Origin: Eledone cirrhosa
Taxonomy: Eukaryota
Length of the DNA: 56,496 nucleotides
Direction: 5' to 3'
Assembly: GCA_964016885.1 (NCBI GenBank)
Contig: CAXHJY010001031.1
Location: 1 to 56,496 of the forward strand
Shown here: piece by piece, positions 25,701-40,205 of the stretch
Layout of the letters: each line of letters starts with the position of its first letter
Position numbering within the stretch: the stretch's first letter is position 1
Made by a program: the position numbers and the translations under genes
The notes under the pieces: generated by a model
Seen by the model: the letters and a program-made list of their open reading frames with translations, nothing else
What the model was told of the DNA's origin: nothing
The model's database searches: none

Positions 25701-28700
25701 TCCCTTGGACGGCTGGAAATTATCTCTGCTTGATTTTTTTTACAAATTATCTCCCCCTGATTTTTTTTTACAAATTATCCCCCCCGATTTTTTAAAAAAA
25801 TTATGTCCCTCTGATTTTTTTACAAATTATCTCCCCTTGGACGGCTGGAAATTATCTCCCCTTGGACGGCTGGAAATTATCTCCCCTTGGACGGCTAGAA
25901 ATTACCTCTCCTTGGACAACTGAAAATTATCTCCCCTTGGACGGCTGCAAATTATCTCCCCTTGATTTTTTTTACAAATTATCTCCGCCTGATTTTTTTT
26001 TAAAAATTATCTCCCCTTGGACGGCTGGAAATTACCTCCCCTTGGACGGCTGGAAATTATCTCCCCTTGGACGGCTAGAAATTACCTCTCATTGGACGGC
26101 TGAAAATTATCTCCCCTTGGACGGCTGGAAATTATCTCCCCTTGATTTTTTTTACAAATTATCTCCCCCTGATTATTTTTTTACAAATTATCTCCCCCTG
26201 ATTTTTTTTTACAAATTATCTCCCCCTGATTTTTTTTACAAATTATCTCCCCCTGATTTTTTTACAAATTATCTCCCCTTGGCTGGCTGGAAATTATCTC
26301 CCCTTGGAGGCTGGAATTTATCTCCCCTTGTACGGCTAGAAATTACCTCTCCTTGGACGGCTGGAAAATATGTCTCCTTGGACGGCTGGAAATTATCTCC
26401 CCTTGGACGGCTGGAAATTATCTCCCCTTGGACGGCTGGAAATTATCTCTCCTCGGACGGCTAGAAATTACCTCTCCTTGGACGGCTGAAAATTATCTCC
26501 CCTTGGACGGCTGGAAATTATCTCCCCTTGATTTTTTTTACAAATTATCTCCCCCTGATTTTTATTTACAAATTATCTCCCCCTGATTTTTTTTACAAAT
26601 TATCTCCCCCTGATATTTTTTACAAATTATCTCCCCTTGGCTGGCTGGAAATTATCTCCCCTTGGAGGCTGGAATTTATCTCCCCTTGGACGGCTAGAAA
26701 TTACCTCGCCTTGGACGGCTGGATAATATGTCTCCTTGGACGGCTGGAAATTATCTCCCCTTGGACGGCTGGAAATTATCTCCCCTTGGACGGCTGGAAA
26801 TTATCTCCCCTTGGACGGCTAGATATTACCTCCCCTTGGACGGCTGGAAATTATCTCCCCTTGATTTTTTTTTACAAATTATCTCCCCCTGATTTTTTTA
26901 CAAATTATCTCCCCCTGATTTTTTTTTACGAATTATCTCCCCCTGATTTTTTTTTACAAATTATCTCCGCCTGATTTTTTTTTTAAAATTATCTCCCCTT
27001 GGACGGCTGGAATTTATCTCCCCTTGTACGGCTAGAAATTACCTCTCCTTGGACGGCTGGAAAATATGTCTCCTTGGACGGCTGGAAATTATCTCCCCTT
27101 GGACGGCTGGAAATTATCTCCCCTTGGACGGCTGGAAATTATCTCTCCTCGGACGGCTAGAAATTACCTCTCCTTGGACGGCTGAAAATCATCTCCCCTT
27201 GGACGGCTGGAAATTATCTCCCCTTGATTTTTTTTACAAATTATCTCCCCCTGATTTTTTTTTACAAATTATCTCCCCCTGATTTTTATTTACAAATTAT
27301 CTCCCCCTGATATTTTTTACAAATTATCTCCCCCTGATTTTTTTACAAATTATCTCCCCTTGGCTGGCTGGAAATTATTTCCCCTTGGAGGCTGGAATTT
27401 ATCTCCCCTTGGACGGCTAGAAATTACCTCTCCTTGGACGGCTGAAAATTATCTCCCCTTGGACGGCTGCAAATTATCTCCCCTTGATTTTTTTACAAAT
27501 TATCTCCCCCTGATTTTTTTTACAAATTATCTCCGCCTAATTTTTTTAAATATTATCTTCCCTTGGCTGGCGGGAAATTATCTCCCCTTGGACGGCTGAA
27601 AATTATCTCCCCTTGGAGGGCTGGAAATTATCTCCCCTTGATTTTTTTACAAATTATCTCCCCCTGATTTTTTTTTACAAATTATCTCCCCCTGATTTTT
27701 TTTTACAAATTATCTCCCCCTGATTTTTTTTTACAAATTATCTCCCCCTGATTTTTTTTACAAATTATCTCCCCTTGGCTGGCTGGAAACTATCTCCCCT
27801 TGGAGGCTGGAATTTATCTCCCCTTGGACGGCTAGAAATTACCTCTCCTTGGACGGCTGGAAAATATGTCCTTGGACGGCTGGATATTATCTACCCTTGG
27901 ACGGCTGGAAATTATCTCCCCTTGGACGGCTGGAAATTATCTCCCCTTGGACGGCTAGATATTACCTCCCCTTGGACGGCTGGAAATTATCTCCCCTTGA
28001 TTTTTTTTACAAATTATCTCCCCCTGATGTTTTTTACAAATGTCCTAATGATTTTTTTAAAAAAATTATCTCCCCTTCGCTGGCTGGAAATTATCTCCCC
28101 TTGGACGCTGGAAATTATAGCCCCTTGGAGGGCTGGAAATTATCTTCCCTTGGACGGCTGGAAATTATCTCCCCTTGATTTTTTTTACAAATTATCTACC
28201 CCTGATTTTTTTACAAATTATCTCCCCCTGATTTTTTTACAAATTATCTCCCCCTGATTTTTTTTACAAATTATCTCCGCCTAATTTTTTTAAATATTAT
28301 CTTCCCTTGGCTGGCGGGAAATTATCTCCCCTTGGACGGCTGAAAATTATCTCCCCTTGGACGGCTGGAAATTATCTCCCCTTGATTTTTTTACAAATTA
28401 TCTCCCCCTGATTATTTTTTACAAATTATCTCCCCCTGATTTTTTTTTACAAATTATCTCCCCTTGATTTTTTTTACAAATTATCTCCCCCTGATTATTT
28501 TTTACAAATTATCTTTCCCTGATTTTTTTTTACAAATTATCTCCCCCTGATTTTTTTTAAAAATTATCTCCCCCAGATTTTTTTACAAATTATCTCCCCT
28601 TGGCTGGCTGGAAATTATCTCCCCTTGGAGGCTGGAATTTATCTCCCCTTGGACGGCTAGAAATTACCTCGCCTTGGACGGCTGGATAATATGTCTCCTT

Positions 28701-29087
28701 GGACGGCTGGAAATTATCTCCCCTTGGACGGCTGGAAATTATCTCCCCTTGGACGGCTGGAAATTATCTCCCCTTGGACGGCTAGATATTACCTCCCCTT
28801 GGACGGCTGGAAATTATCTCCCCTTGATTTTTTTTTACAAATTATCTCCCCCTGATTTTTTTTTACAAATCTCCCCCTGATTTTTTTTTACGAATTATCT
28901 CCCCCTGATTTTTTTTTACAAATTATCTCCGCCTGATTTTTTTTTTTAAATTATCTCCCCTTGGACGGTTGGAAATTATCTCCCCTTGGACGGCTGGAAA
29001 TTATCTCCCCTTGGACGGCTAGAAATTACCTCTCCTTGGACGGCTGAAAATTATCTCCCCTTGGACGGCTGCAAATTATCTCCCCTT

Positions 29088-29386
29088 GATTTTTTTAACA
29101 AATTATTTCCCCCTGATTTTTTCTTACAAATTATCTCCCCCTGATTTTTTTTTACAAATTATCTACGCCTAATTTTTTTTACAAATTATCTCCCCCTGAT
29201 TTTTTTTTACAAATTATCTCCCCCTGATTTTTTCTTACAAATTATCTCTCCCTGATTTTTTTTTACAAATTATCTCCCCCTGATTTTTTTTTACAAATTA
29301 TCTCCCCCTGATTTTTTTTTACAAATTATCTCCCCCTGATCTTTATTACAATCTCCGCCTGATTTTTTAAAAAATTATCTTCCCTT
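29088..29386 (+). repeat. Representative long run of monomer B (11 units, consensus GATTTTTTTTACAAATTATCTCCCCCT)
   Basis: Eleven consecutive T-tract monomers counted directly. Length varies mainly with the T-run. Confidence 0.9.
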
Positions 29387-32300
29387 GGCTGGCCGGAAAT
29401 TATCTCCCCTTGGACGGCTGGAAATTATATCCTCTTGGAAAGATGGAAATTATCTCCCCTTGGACGGCTGGAAATTATCTCCCCTTGGACGGCTGGAAAT
29501 TATCTCCCCTTGGACAGCTGGAAATTATCTGCCCTTGATTTTGTTTTTACAAATTATCTCCCCCTGATTTTTTTTACAAATTATCTCCACCTGATTTTTA
29601 AAAAAATTATCTCCCCTTGGACGGCTGGAAATTATCTCCCCTTGGCTCGAAATTATCTCCCCTTGGACGGCTAGAAATTATCTCTCTTTGGACGGCTGGA
29701 AATTATCTCCCTTTGATTTTTTTTACAAATTATCTCCCCCTGATTTTTTTTACAAATCTCCCCCTGATTTTTAAAAAAAAATTATCTCCCCTTCGCTGGC
29801 TGGAAATTATCTCCCCTTGGACACTGGAAATTATAGCCCCTTGGAGGGCTGGAAATTATCTTCCCTTGGACGGCTGGAAATTATCTCTGCTTGATTTTTT
29901 TTACAAATTATCTCCCCCTGATTTTTTTTTACAAATTATCCCCCCCGATTTTTTTAACAAATTATGTCCCTCTGATTTTTTTTACAAATTATCTCCCCTT
30001 GGACGGCTGGAAATTATCTCCCCTTGGACGGCTGGAAATTATCTCCCCTTGGACGGCTAGAAATTACCTCTCCTTGGACAACTGAAAATTATCTCCCCTT
30101 GGACGGCTGGAAATTATCTCCCCTTGATTTTTTTTACAAATTACCTCCCCCTGATTATTTTTTTACAAATTATCTCCCCCTGATTTTTTTTACAAATTAT
30201 CTCCCCCTGATTTTTTTTACAAATTATCTCCCCCTGATTTTTTTACAAATTATCTCCCCTTGGCTGGCTGGAAATTATCTCCCCTTGGAGGCTGGAATTT
30301 ATCTCCCCTTGTACGGCTAGAAATTACCTCTCCTTGGACGGCTGGAAAATATGTCTCCTTGGACGGCTGGAAATTATCTCCCCTTGGACGGCTGGAAATT
30401 ATCTCCCCTTGGACGGCTGGAAATTATCTCTCCTCGGACGGCTAGAAATTACCTCTCCTTGGACGGCTGAAAATTATCTCCCCTTGGACGGCTGGAAATT
30501 ATCTCCCCTTGATTTTTTTTACAAATTATCTCCCCCTGATTTTTTTTTACAAATTATCTCCCCCTGATTTTTTTTACAAATTATCTCCCCCTGATATTTT
30601 TTACAAATTATCTCCCCTTGGCTGGCTGGAAATTATCTCCCCTTGGAGGCTGGAATTTATCTCCCCTTGGACGGCTAGAAATTACCTCGCCTTGGACGGC
30701 TGGATAATATGTCTCCTTGGACGGCTGGAAATTATCTCCCCTTGGACGGCTGGAAATTATCTCCCCTTGGACGGCTGGAAATTATCTCCCCTTGGACGGC
30801 TAGATATTACCTCCCCTTGGACGGCTGGAAAGTATCTCCCCTTGATTTTTTTTTACAAATTATCTCCCCCTGATTTTTTTTTACAAATTATCTCCCCCTG
30901 ATTTTTTTTTACGAATTATCTCCCCCTGATTTTTTTTTACAAATTATCTCCGCCTGATTTTTTTTTTAAAATTATCTCCCCTTGGACGGCTGGAAATTAT
31001 CTCCCCTTGGACGGCTGGAAATTATCTCCCCTTGGACGGCTAGAAATTACCTCTCCTTGGACGGCTGAAAATTATCTCCCCTTGGACGGCTGCAAATTAT
31101 CTCCCCTTGATTTTTTTAACAAATTATCTCCCCCTGATTTTTTCTTACAAATTATCTCCCCCTGATTTTTTTTTACAAATTATCTACGCCTAATTTTTTT
31201 TACAAATTATCTCCTCCTGATTTTTTTTTACAAATTATCTCCCCCTGATTTTATTTTACAAATTATCTCCCCCTGATTTTTTTTTACAAATTATCTCCCC
31301 CTGATTTTTTTACAAATTATGTCCCCCCTGATATTTATTACAATCTCCGCCTGATTTTTTTAAAAATTATCTTCCCTTGGCTGGCGGGAAATTATCTCCC
31401 CTTGGACGGCTGGAAATTATATCCCCTTGGAAGGATGGAAATTATCTCCCCTTGGACGGCTGGAAATTATCTCCCCTTGGACGGCTGGAAATTATCTCCC
31501 CTTGGACAGCTGGAAATTATCTGCCCTTGATTTTGTTTTTACAAATTATCTCCCCCTGATTTTTTTTACAAATTTTCTCCACCTGATTTTTTAAAAAATT
31601 ATCTCCCCTTGGACGGCTGGAAATTATCTCCCCTTGATTTTTTTACAAATTATCTCCCCCTGATTATTTTTTACAAATTATCTCCCCCTGATTTTTTTTT
31701 ACAAATTATCTCCCCTTGATTTTTTTTACAAATTATCTCCCCCTGATTATTTTTTACAAATTATCTTTCCCTGATTTTTTTTTACAAATTATCTCCCCCT
31801 GATTTTTTTTACAAATTATCTCCGCCTAATTTTTTTAAATATTATCTTTCCTTGGCTGGCGGGAAATTATCTCCCCTTGGACGGCTGAAAATTATCTCCC
31901 CTTGGACGGCTGGAAATTATCTCCCCTTGATTTTTTTAAAAAATTATCTCCCCCTGATTATTTTTTACAAATTATCTCCCCCTGATTTTTTTACAAATTA
32001 TCTCCCCTTGGCTGGCTGGAAATTATCTCCCCTTGGAGGCTGGAATTTATCTCCCCTTTTACGGCTAGAAATTACCTCTCCTTGGACGGCTGGAAAATAT
32101 GTCTCCTTGGACGGCTGGAAATTATCTCCCCTTGGACGGCTGGAAATTATCTCCCCTTGGACGGCTGGAAATTATCTCTCCTCGGACGGCTAGAAATTAC
32201 CTCTCCTTGGACGGCTGAAAATTATCTCCCCTTGGACGGCTGGAAATTATCTCCCCTTGATTTTTTTTACAAATTATCTCCCCCTGATTTTTTTTTACAA

Positions 32301-34307
32301 ATTATCTCCCCCTGATATTTTTTACAAATTATCTCCCCCTGATTTTTTTACAAATTATCTCCCCTTGGCTGGCTGGAAATTATTTCCCCTTGGAGGCTGG
32401 AATTTATCTCCCCTTGGACGGCTAGAAATTACCTCGCCTTGGACGGCTGGATAATATGTCTCCTTGGACGGCTGGAAATTATCTCCCCTTGGACGGCTGG
32501 AAATTATCTCCCCTTGGACGGCTGGAAATTATCTCCCCTTGGACGGCTAGATATTACCTCCCCTTGGACGGCTGGAAATTATCTCCCCTTGATTTTTTTT
32601 TACAAATTATCTCCCCCTGATTTTTTTTTACAAATCTCCCCCTGATTTTTTTTTACGAATTATCTCCCCCTGATTTTTTTTTACAAATTATCTCCGCCTG
32701 ATTTTTTTAAAAAAATTATCTCCCCTTGGACGGTTGGAAATTATCTCCCCTTGGACGGCTGGAAATTATCTCCCCTTGGACGGCTAGAAATTACCTCTCC
32801 TTGGACGGCTGAAAATTATCTCCCCTTGGACGGCTGCAAATTATCTCCCCTTGATTTTTTTAACAAATTATCTCCCCCTGATTTTTTCTTACAAATTATC
32901 TCCCCCTGATTTTTTTTTACAAATTATCTACGCCTAATTTTTTTTACAAATTATCTCCCCCTGATTTTTTTTTACAAATTATCTCCCCCTGATTTTTATT
33001 ACAATCTCCGCCTGATTTTTTTAAAAATTATCTTCCCTTGGCTGGCGGGAAATTATCTCCCCTTGGACGGCTGGAAATTATATCCTCTTGGAAGGATGGA
33101 AATTATCTCCCCTTGGACGGCTGGAAATTATCTCCCCTTGGACGGCTGGAAATTATCTCCCCTTGGACAGCTGGAAATTATCTGCCCTTGATTTTGTTTT
33201 TACAAATTATCTCCCCCTGATTTTTTTTACAAATTATCTCCACCTGATTTTTAAAAAAATTATCTCCCCTTGGACGGCTGGAAATTATCTCCCCTTGGAC
33301 AGCTGGAAATTATCTGCCCTTGATTTTGTTTTTACAAATTATCTCCCCCTGATTTTTTTTACAAATTATATCCACCTGATTTTTAAAAAAATTATCTCCC
33401 CTTGGACGGCTAGAAATTATCTCTCTTTGGACGGCTGGAAATTATCTCCCCCTGATTTTTTTTACAAATCTCCCCCTGATTTTTTAAAAAAAATTATCTC
33501 CCCTTCGCTGGCTGGAAATTATCTCCCCTTGGACACTGGAAATTATAGCCCCTTGGAGGGCTGGAAATTATCTTCCCTTGGACGGCTGGAAATTATCTCT
33601 GCTTGATTTTTTTTACAAATTATCTCCCCCTGATTTTTTTTTACAAATTATCCCCCCCGATTTTTTTTACAAATTATGTCCCTCTGATTTTTTTTACAAA
33701 TTATCTCCCCTTGGACGGCTGGAAATTATCTCCCCTTGGACGGCTGGAAATTATCTCCCCTTGGACGGCTAGAAATTACCTCTCATTGGACGGCTGAAAA
33801 TTATCTCCCCTTGGACGGCTGGAAATTATCTACCCTTGATTTTTTTTACAAATTATCTCCCCTGATTATTTTTTTACAAAATATCTCCCCCTGATTTTTT
33901 TTACAAATTATCTCCCCCTGATTTTTTTTACAAATTATCTCCCCCTGATTTTTTTACAAATTATCTCCCCTTGGCTGGCTGGAAATTATCTCCCCTTGGA
34001 GGCTGGAATTTATCTCCCCTTGTACGGCTAGAAATTACCTCTCCTTGGACGGCTGGAAAATATGTCTCCTTGGACGGCTGGAAATTATCTCCCCTTGGAC
34101 GGCTGGAAATTATCTCCCCTTGGACGGCTGGAAATTATCTCTCCTCGGACGGCTAGAAATTACCTCTCCTTGGACGGCTGAAAATTATCTCCCCTTGGAC
34201 GGCTGGAAATTATCTCCCCTTGATTTTTTTTACAAATTATCTCCCCCTGATTTTTTTTTACAAATTATCTCCCCCTGATTTTTTTTACAAATTATCTCCC
34301 CCTGATA

Positions 34308-36016
34308 TTTTTTACAAATTATCTCCGCCTAATTTTTTTAAATATTATCTTCCCTTGGCTGGCGGGAAATTATCTCCCCTTGGACGGCTGAAAATTATCT
34401 CCCCTTGGACGGCTGGAAATTATCTCCCCTTGATTTTTTTTACAAATTATCTCCGCCTGATTATTTTTTACAAATTATCTTTCCCTGATTTTTTTTTACA
34501 AAGTATCTCCCCCTGATTTTTTTTACAAATTATCTCCCCCTGATTTTTTTACAAATTATCTCCCCTTGGCTGGCTGGAAATTATCTCCCCTTGGAGGCTG
34601 GAATTTATCTCCCCTTGGACGGCTGGAAATTATCTCTCCTTGGACGGCTAGAAATTACCTCTCCTTGGACGGCTGGAAAATATGTCTCGTTGGACGGCTG
34701 GAAATTATCTCCCCTTGGACGGCTGGAAATTATCTCCCCTTGGACGGCTAGAAATTACCTCTCCTTGGACGGCTGAAAATTATCTCTCCTTGGACGGCTG
34801 GAAATTATCTCCCCTTGATTTTTTTTACAAATTATCTCCCCCTGATTTTTTTTACAAATTATCTCCACCTGATTTTTTTACAAATTATCTCCCCCTGATT
34901 TTTTTTACAAATTATCTCCGCCTAATTTTTTTAAATATTATCTTCCCTTGGCTGGCGGGAAATTATCTCCCCTTGGACGGCTGAAAATTATCTCCCCTTG
35001 GAGGGCTGGAAATTATCTCCCCTTGATTTTTTTTACAAATTATCTCCCCCTGATTTTTTTTTACAAATTATCTCCCCCTGATTTTTTTTTACAAATTATC
35101 TCCCCCTGATTTTTTTTTACAAATTATCTCCCCCTGATTTTTTTTACAAATTATCTCCCCTTGGCTGGCTGGAAACTATCTCCCCTTGGAGGCTGGAATT
35201 TATCTCCCCTTGGACGGCTAGAAATTACCTCTCCTTGGACGGCTGGAAAATATGTCCTTGGACGGCTGGATATTATCTACCCTTGGACGGCTGGAAATTA
35301 TCTCCCCTTGGACGGCTGGAAATTATCTCCCCTTGGACGGCTAGATATTACCTCCCCTTGGACGGCTGGAAATTATCTCCCCTTGATTTTTTTTACAAAT
35401 TATCTCCCCCTGATTTTTTTTACAAATGTCCTAATGATTTTTTAAAAAAAATTATCTCCCCTTCGCTGGCTGGAAATTATCTCCCCTTGGACGCTGGAAA
35501 TTATAGCCCCTTGGAGGGCTGGAAATTATCTTCCCTTGGACGGCTGGAAATTATCTCCCCTTGATTTTTTTTACAAATTATCTACCCCTGATTTTTTTAC
35601 AAATTATCTCCCCCTGATTTTTTTACAAATTATCTCCCCCTGATTTTTTTTTACAAATTATCTCCCCCTGATTTTTTTTACAAATTATCTCCCCCTGATA
35701 TTTTTTACAAATTATCTCCCCTTGGCTGGCTGGAAATTATCTCCCCTTGGAGGCTGGAATTTATCTCCCCTTGGACGGCTAGAAATTACCTCGCCTTGGA
35801 CGGCTGGATAATATGTCTCCTTGGACGGCTGGAAATTATCTCCCCTTGGACGGCTGGAAATTATCTCCCCTTGGACGGCTGGAAATTATCTCCCCTTGGA
35901 CGGCTAGATATTACCTCCCCTTGGACGGCTGGAAAGTATCTCCCCTTGATTTTTTTTTACAAATTATCTCCCCCTGATTTTTTTTTACAAATTATCTCCC
36001 CCTGATTTTTTTTTAC
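34308..36016 (+). repeat. ~1.7-kb segment repeated at 37510-39218 (offset 3,202)
   Basis: ORF offsets 34566/37768, 35161/38363 and 35796/38998 all equal 3202. The copies diverge at ACG (36017) versus ACA (39219). Confidence 0.88.
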
Positions 36017-39000
36017 GAATTATCTCCCCCTGATTTTTTTTTACAAATTATCTCCGCCTGATTTTTTTTTTAAAATTATCTCCCCTTGGACGGCTGGAAA
36101 TTATCTCCCCTTGGACGGCTGGAAATTATCTCCCCTTGGACGGCTAGAAATTACCTCTCCTTGGACGGCTGAAAATTATCTCCCCTTGGACGGCTGCAAA
36201 TTATCTCCCCTTGATTTTTTTAACAAATTATCTCCCCCTGATTTTTTCTTACAAATTATCTCCCCCTGATTTTTTTTTACAAATTATCTACGCCTAATTT
36301 TTTTTACAAATTATCTCCTCCTGATTTTTTTTTACAAATTATCTCCCCCTGATTTTTTTTTACAAATTATCTCCCCCTGATTTTTTTTTACAAATTATCT
36401 CCCCCTGATTTTTTTACAAATTATCTCCCCCCTGATATTTATTACAATCTCCGCCTGATTTTTTTAAAAATTATCTTCCCTTGGCTGGCGGGAAATTATC
36501 TCCCCTTGGACGGCTGGAAATTATATCCCCTTGGAAGGATGGAAATTATCTCCCCTTGGACGGCTGGAAATTATCTCCCCTTGGACGGCTGGAAATTATC
36601 TCCCCTTGGACAGCTGGAAATTATCTGCCCTTGATTTTGTTTTTACAAATTTTCTCCACCTGATTTTTTAAAAAATTATCTCCCCTTGGACGGCTGGAAA
36701 TTATCTCCCCTTGGCTCGAAATTATCTCCCCTTGGACGGCTAGAAATTATCTCTCTTTGGACGGCTGGAAATTATCTCCCTTTGATTTTTTTTACAAATT
36801 ATCTCCCCCTGATTTTTTTTACAAATCTCCCCCTGATTTTTTAAAAAAAATTATCTCCCCTTCGCTGGCTGGAAATTATCTCCCCTTGGACACTGGAAAT
36901 TATAGCCCCTTGGAGGGCTGGAAATTATCTTCCCTTGGACGGCTGGAAATTATCTCTGCTTGATTTTTTTTACAAATTATCTCCCCCTGATTTTTTTTTA
37001 CAAATTATCCCCCCCGATTTTTTTTTACAAATTATCTCCCCCTGATTTTTTTTACAAATTATCTACCCTTGGACGGCTGGAAATTATCTCCCCTTGGACG
37101 GCTGGAAATTATCTCCCCTTGGACGGCTAGAAATTACCTCTCCTTGGACAACTGAAAATTATCTCCCCTTGGACGGCTGCAAATTATCTCCCCTTGATTT
37201 TTTTTACAAATTATCTCCGCCTGATTTTTTTTTAAAAATTATCTCCCCTTGGACGGCTAGAAATTACCTCTCCTTGGACGGCTGGAAAATATTTCTCCTT
37301 GGACGGCTGGATATTATCTACCCTTGGACGGGTGGAAATTATCTCCCCTTGGACGGCTGGAAATTATCTCCCCTTGGACGGCTAGATATTACCTCCCCTT
37401 GGACGGCTGGAAATTATCTCCCCTTGATTTTTTTTACAAATTATCTCCCCCTGATTTTTTTTACAAATTATCTCCACCTGATTTTTTTACAAATTATCTC
37501 CCCCTGATTTTTTTTACAAATTATCTCCGCCTAATTTTTTTAAATATTATCTTCCCTTGGCTGGCGGGAAATTATCTCCCCTTGGACGGCTGAAAATTAT
37601 CTCCCCTTGGACGGCTGGAAATTATCTCCCCTTGATTTTTTTTACAAATTATCTCCGCCTGATTATTTTTTACAAATTATCTTTCCCTGATTTTTTTTTA
37701 CAAATTATCTCCCCCTGATTTTTTTTACAAATTATCTCCCCCTGATTTTTTTACAAATTATCTCCCCTTGGCTGGCTGGAAATTATCTCCCCTTGGAGGC
37801 TGGAATTTATCTCCCCTTGGACGGCTGGAAATTATCTCTCCTTGGACGGCTAGAAATTACCTCTCCTTGGACGGCTGGAAAATATGTCTCGTTGGACGGC
37901 TGGAAATTATCTCCCCTTGGACGGCTGGAAATTATCTCCCCTTGGACGGCTAGAAATTACCTCTCCTTGGACGGCTGAAAATTATCTCTCCTTGGACGGC
38001 TGGAAATTATCTCCCCTTGATTTTTTTTACAAATTATCTCCCCCTGATTTTTTTTACAAATTATCTCCACCTGATTTTTTTACAAATTATCTCCCCCTGA
38101 TTTTTTTTACAAATTATCTCCGCCTAATTTTTTTAAATATTATCTTCCCTTGGCTGGCGGGAAATTATCTCCCCTTGGACGGCTGAAAATTATCTCCCCT
38201 TGGAGGGCTGGAAATTATCTCCCCTTGATTTTTTTTACAAATTATCTCCCCCTGATTTTTTTTTACAAATTATCTCCCCCTGATTTTTTTTTACAAATTA
38301 TCTCCCCCTGATTTTTTTTTACAAATTATCTCCCCCTGATTTTTTTTACAAATTATCTCCCCTTGGCTGGCTGGAAACTATCTCCCCTTGGAGGCTGGAA
38401 TTTATCTCCCCTTGGACGGCTAGAAATTACCTCTCCTTGGACGGCTGGAAAATATGTCCTTGGACGGCTGGATATTATCTACCCTTGGACGGCTGGAAAT
38501 TATCTCCCCTTGGACGGCTGGAAATTATCTCCCCTTGGACGGCTAGATATTACCTCCCCTTGGACGGCTGGAAATTATCTCCCCTTGATTTTTTTTACAA
38601 ATTATCTCCCCCTGATTTTTTTTACAAATGTCCTAATGATTTTTTAAAAAAAATTATCTCCCCTTCGCTGGCTGGAAATTATCTCCCCTTGGACGCTGGA
38701 AATTATAGCCCCTTGGAGGGCTGGAAATTATCTTCCCTTGGACGGCTGGAAATTATCTCCCCTTGATTTTTTTTACAAATTATCTACCCCTGATTTTTTT
38801 ACAAATTATCTCCCCCTGATTTTTTTACAAATCATCTCCCCCTGATTTTTTTTTACAAATTATCTCCCCCTGATTTTTTTTACAAATTATCTCCCCCTGA
38901 TATTTTTTACAAATTATCTCCCCTTGGCTGGCTGGAAATTATCTCCCCTTGGAGGCTGGAATTTATCTCCCCTTGGACGGCTAGAAATTACCTCGCCTTG

Positions 39001-40080
39001 GACGGCTGGATAATATGTCTCCTTGGACGGCTGGAAATTATCTCCCCTTGGACGGCTGGAAATTATCTCCCCTTGGACGGCTGGAAATTATCTCCCCTTG
39101 GACGGCTAGATATTACCTCCCCTTGGACGGCTGGAAAGTATCTCCCCTTGATTTTTTTTTACAAATTATCTCCCCCTGATTTTTTTTTACAAATTATCTC
39201 CCCCTGATTTTTTTTTACAAATTATCTCCCCCTGATTTTTTTTTACAAATTATCTCCCCCTGATTTTTTTACAAATTATCTCCCCCCTGATTTTTATTAC
39301 AATCTCCGCCTGATTTTTTAAAAAATTATCTTCCCTTGGCTGGCGGGAAATTATCTCCCCTTGGACGGCTGGAAATTATATCCTCTTGGAAGGATGGAAA
39401 TTATCTCCCCTTGGACGGCTGGAAATTATCTCCCCTTGGACGGCTGGAAATTATCTCCCCTTGGACAGCTGGAAATTATCTGCCCTTGATTTTGTTTTTA
39501 CAAATTATCTCCCCCTGATTTTTTTTACAAATTATCTCCACCTGATTTTTTAAAAAATTATCTCCCCTTGGACGGCTGGAAATTATCTCCCCTAGGCTCG
39601 AAATTATCTCCCCTTGGACGGCTAGAAATTATCTCTCTTTAGACGGCTGGAAATTATCTCCCTTTGATTTTTTTTACAAATTATCTCCCCCTGATTTTTT
39701 TTACAAATCTCCCCCTGATTTTTTAAAAAAAATTATCTCCCCTTCGCTGGCTGGAAATTATCTCCCCTTGGACACTGGAAATTATAGCCCCTTGGAGGGC
39801 TGGAAATTATCTTCCCTTGGACGGCTGGAAATTATCTCTGCTTGATTTTTTTTACAAATTATCTCCCCCTGATTTTTTTTTACAAATTATCCCCCCCGAT
39901 TTTTTTTACAAATTATCTCCCCCTGATTTTTTTTACAAATTATCTCCCCTTGGACGGCTGGAAATTATCTCCCCTTGGACGGCTGGAAATTATCTCCCCT
40001 TGGACGGCTAGAAATTACCTCTCCTTGGACAACTGAAAATTATCTCCCCTTGGACGGCTGCAAATTATCTCCCCTTGATT

Positions 40081-40205
40081 TTTTTTAGAAATTTTTTTTT
40101 ACAGATTTTTTTTTTACAGATTTTTTTACAGATTTTTTTACAAATTTTTTTACAGATTTTTTTACAAATTTTTTTTTACAAATTTTTTTTTACAGATTTT
40201 TTTTT
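40081..40205 (+). repeat. Core-less microsatellite (ACA[G/A]A-T7-10) x ~9 embedded in the array
   Basis: Units AGAAA, ACAGA or ACAAA at 40087, 40101, 40116, 40128, 40140, 40152, 40164, 40178 and 40192, separated by T-runs. No TATCTCCCC core for ~130 bp. Confidence 0.93.
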
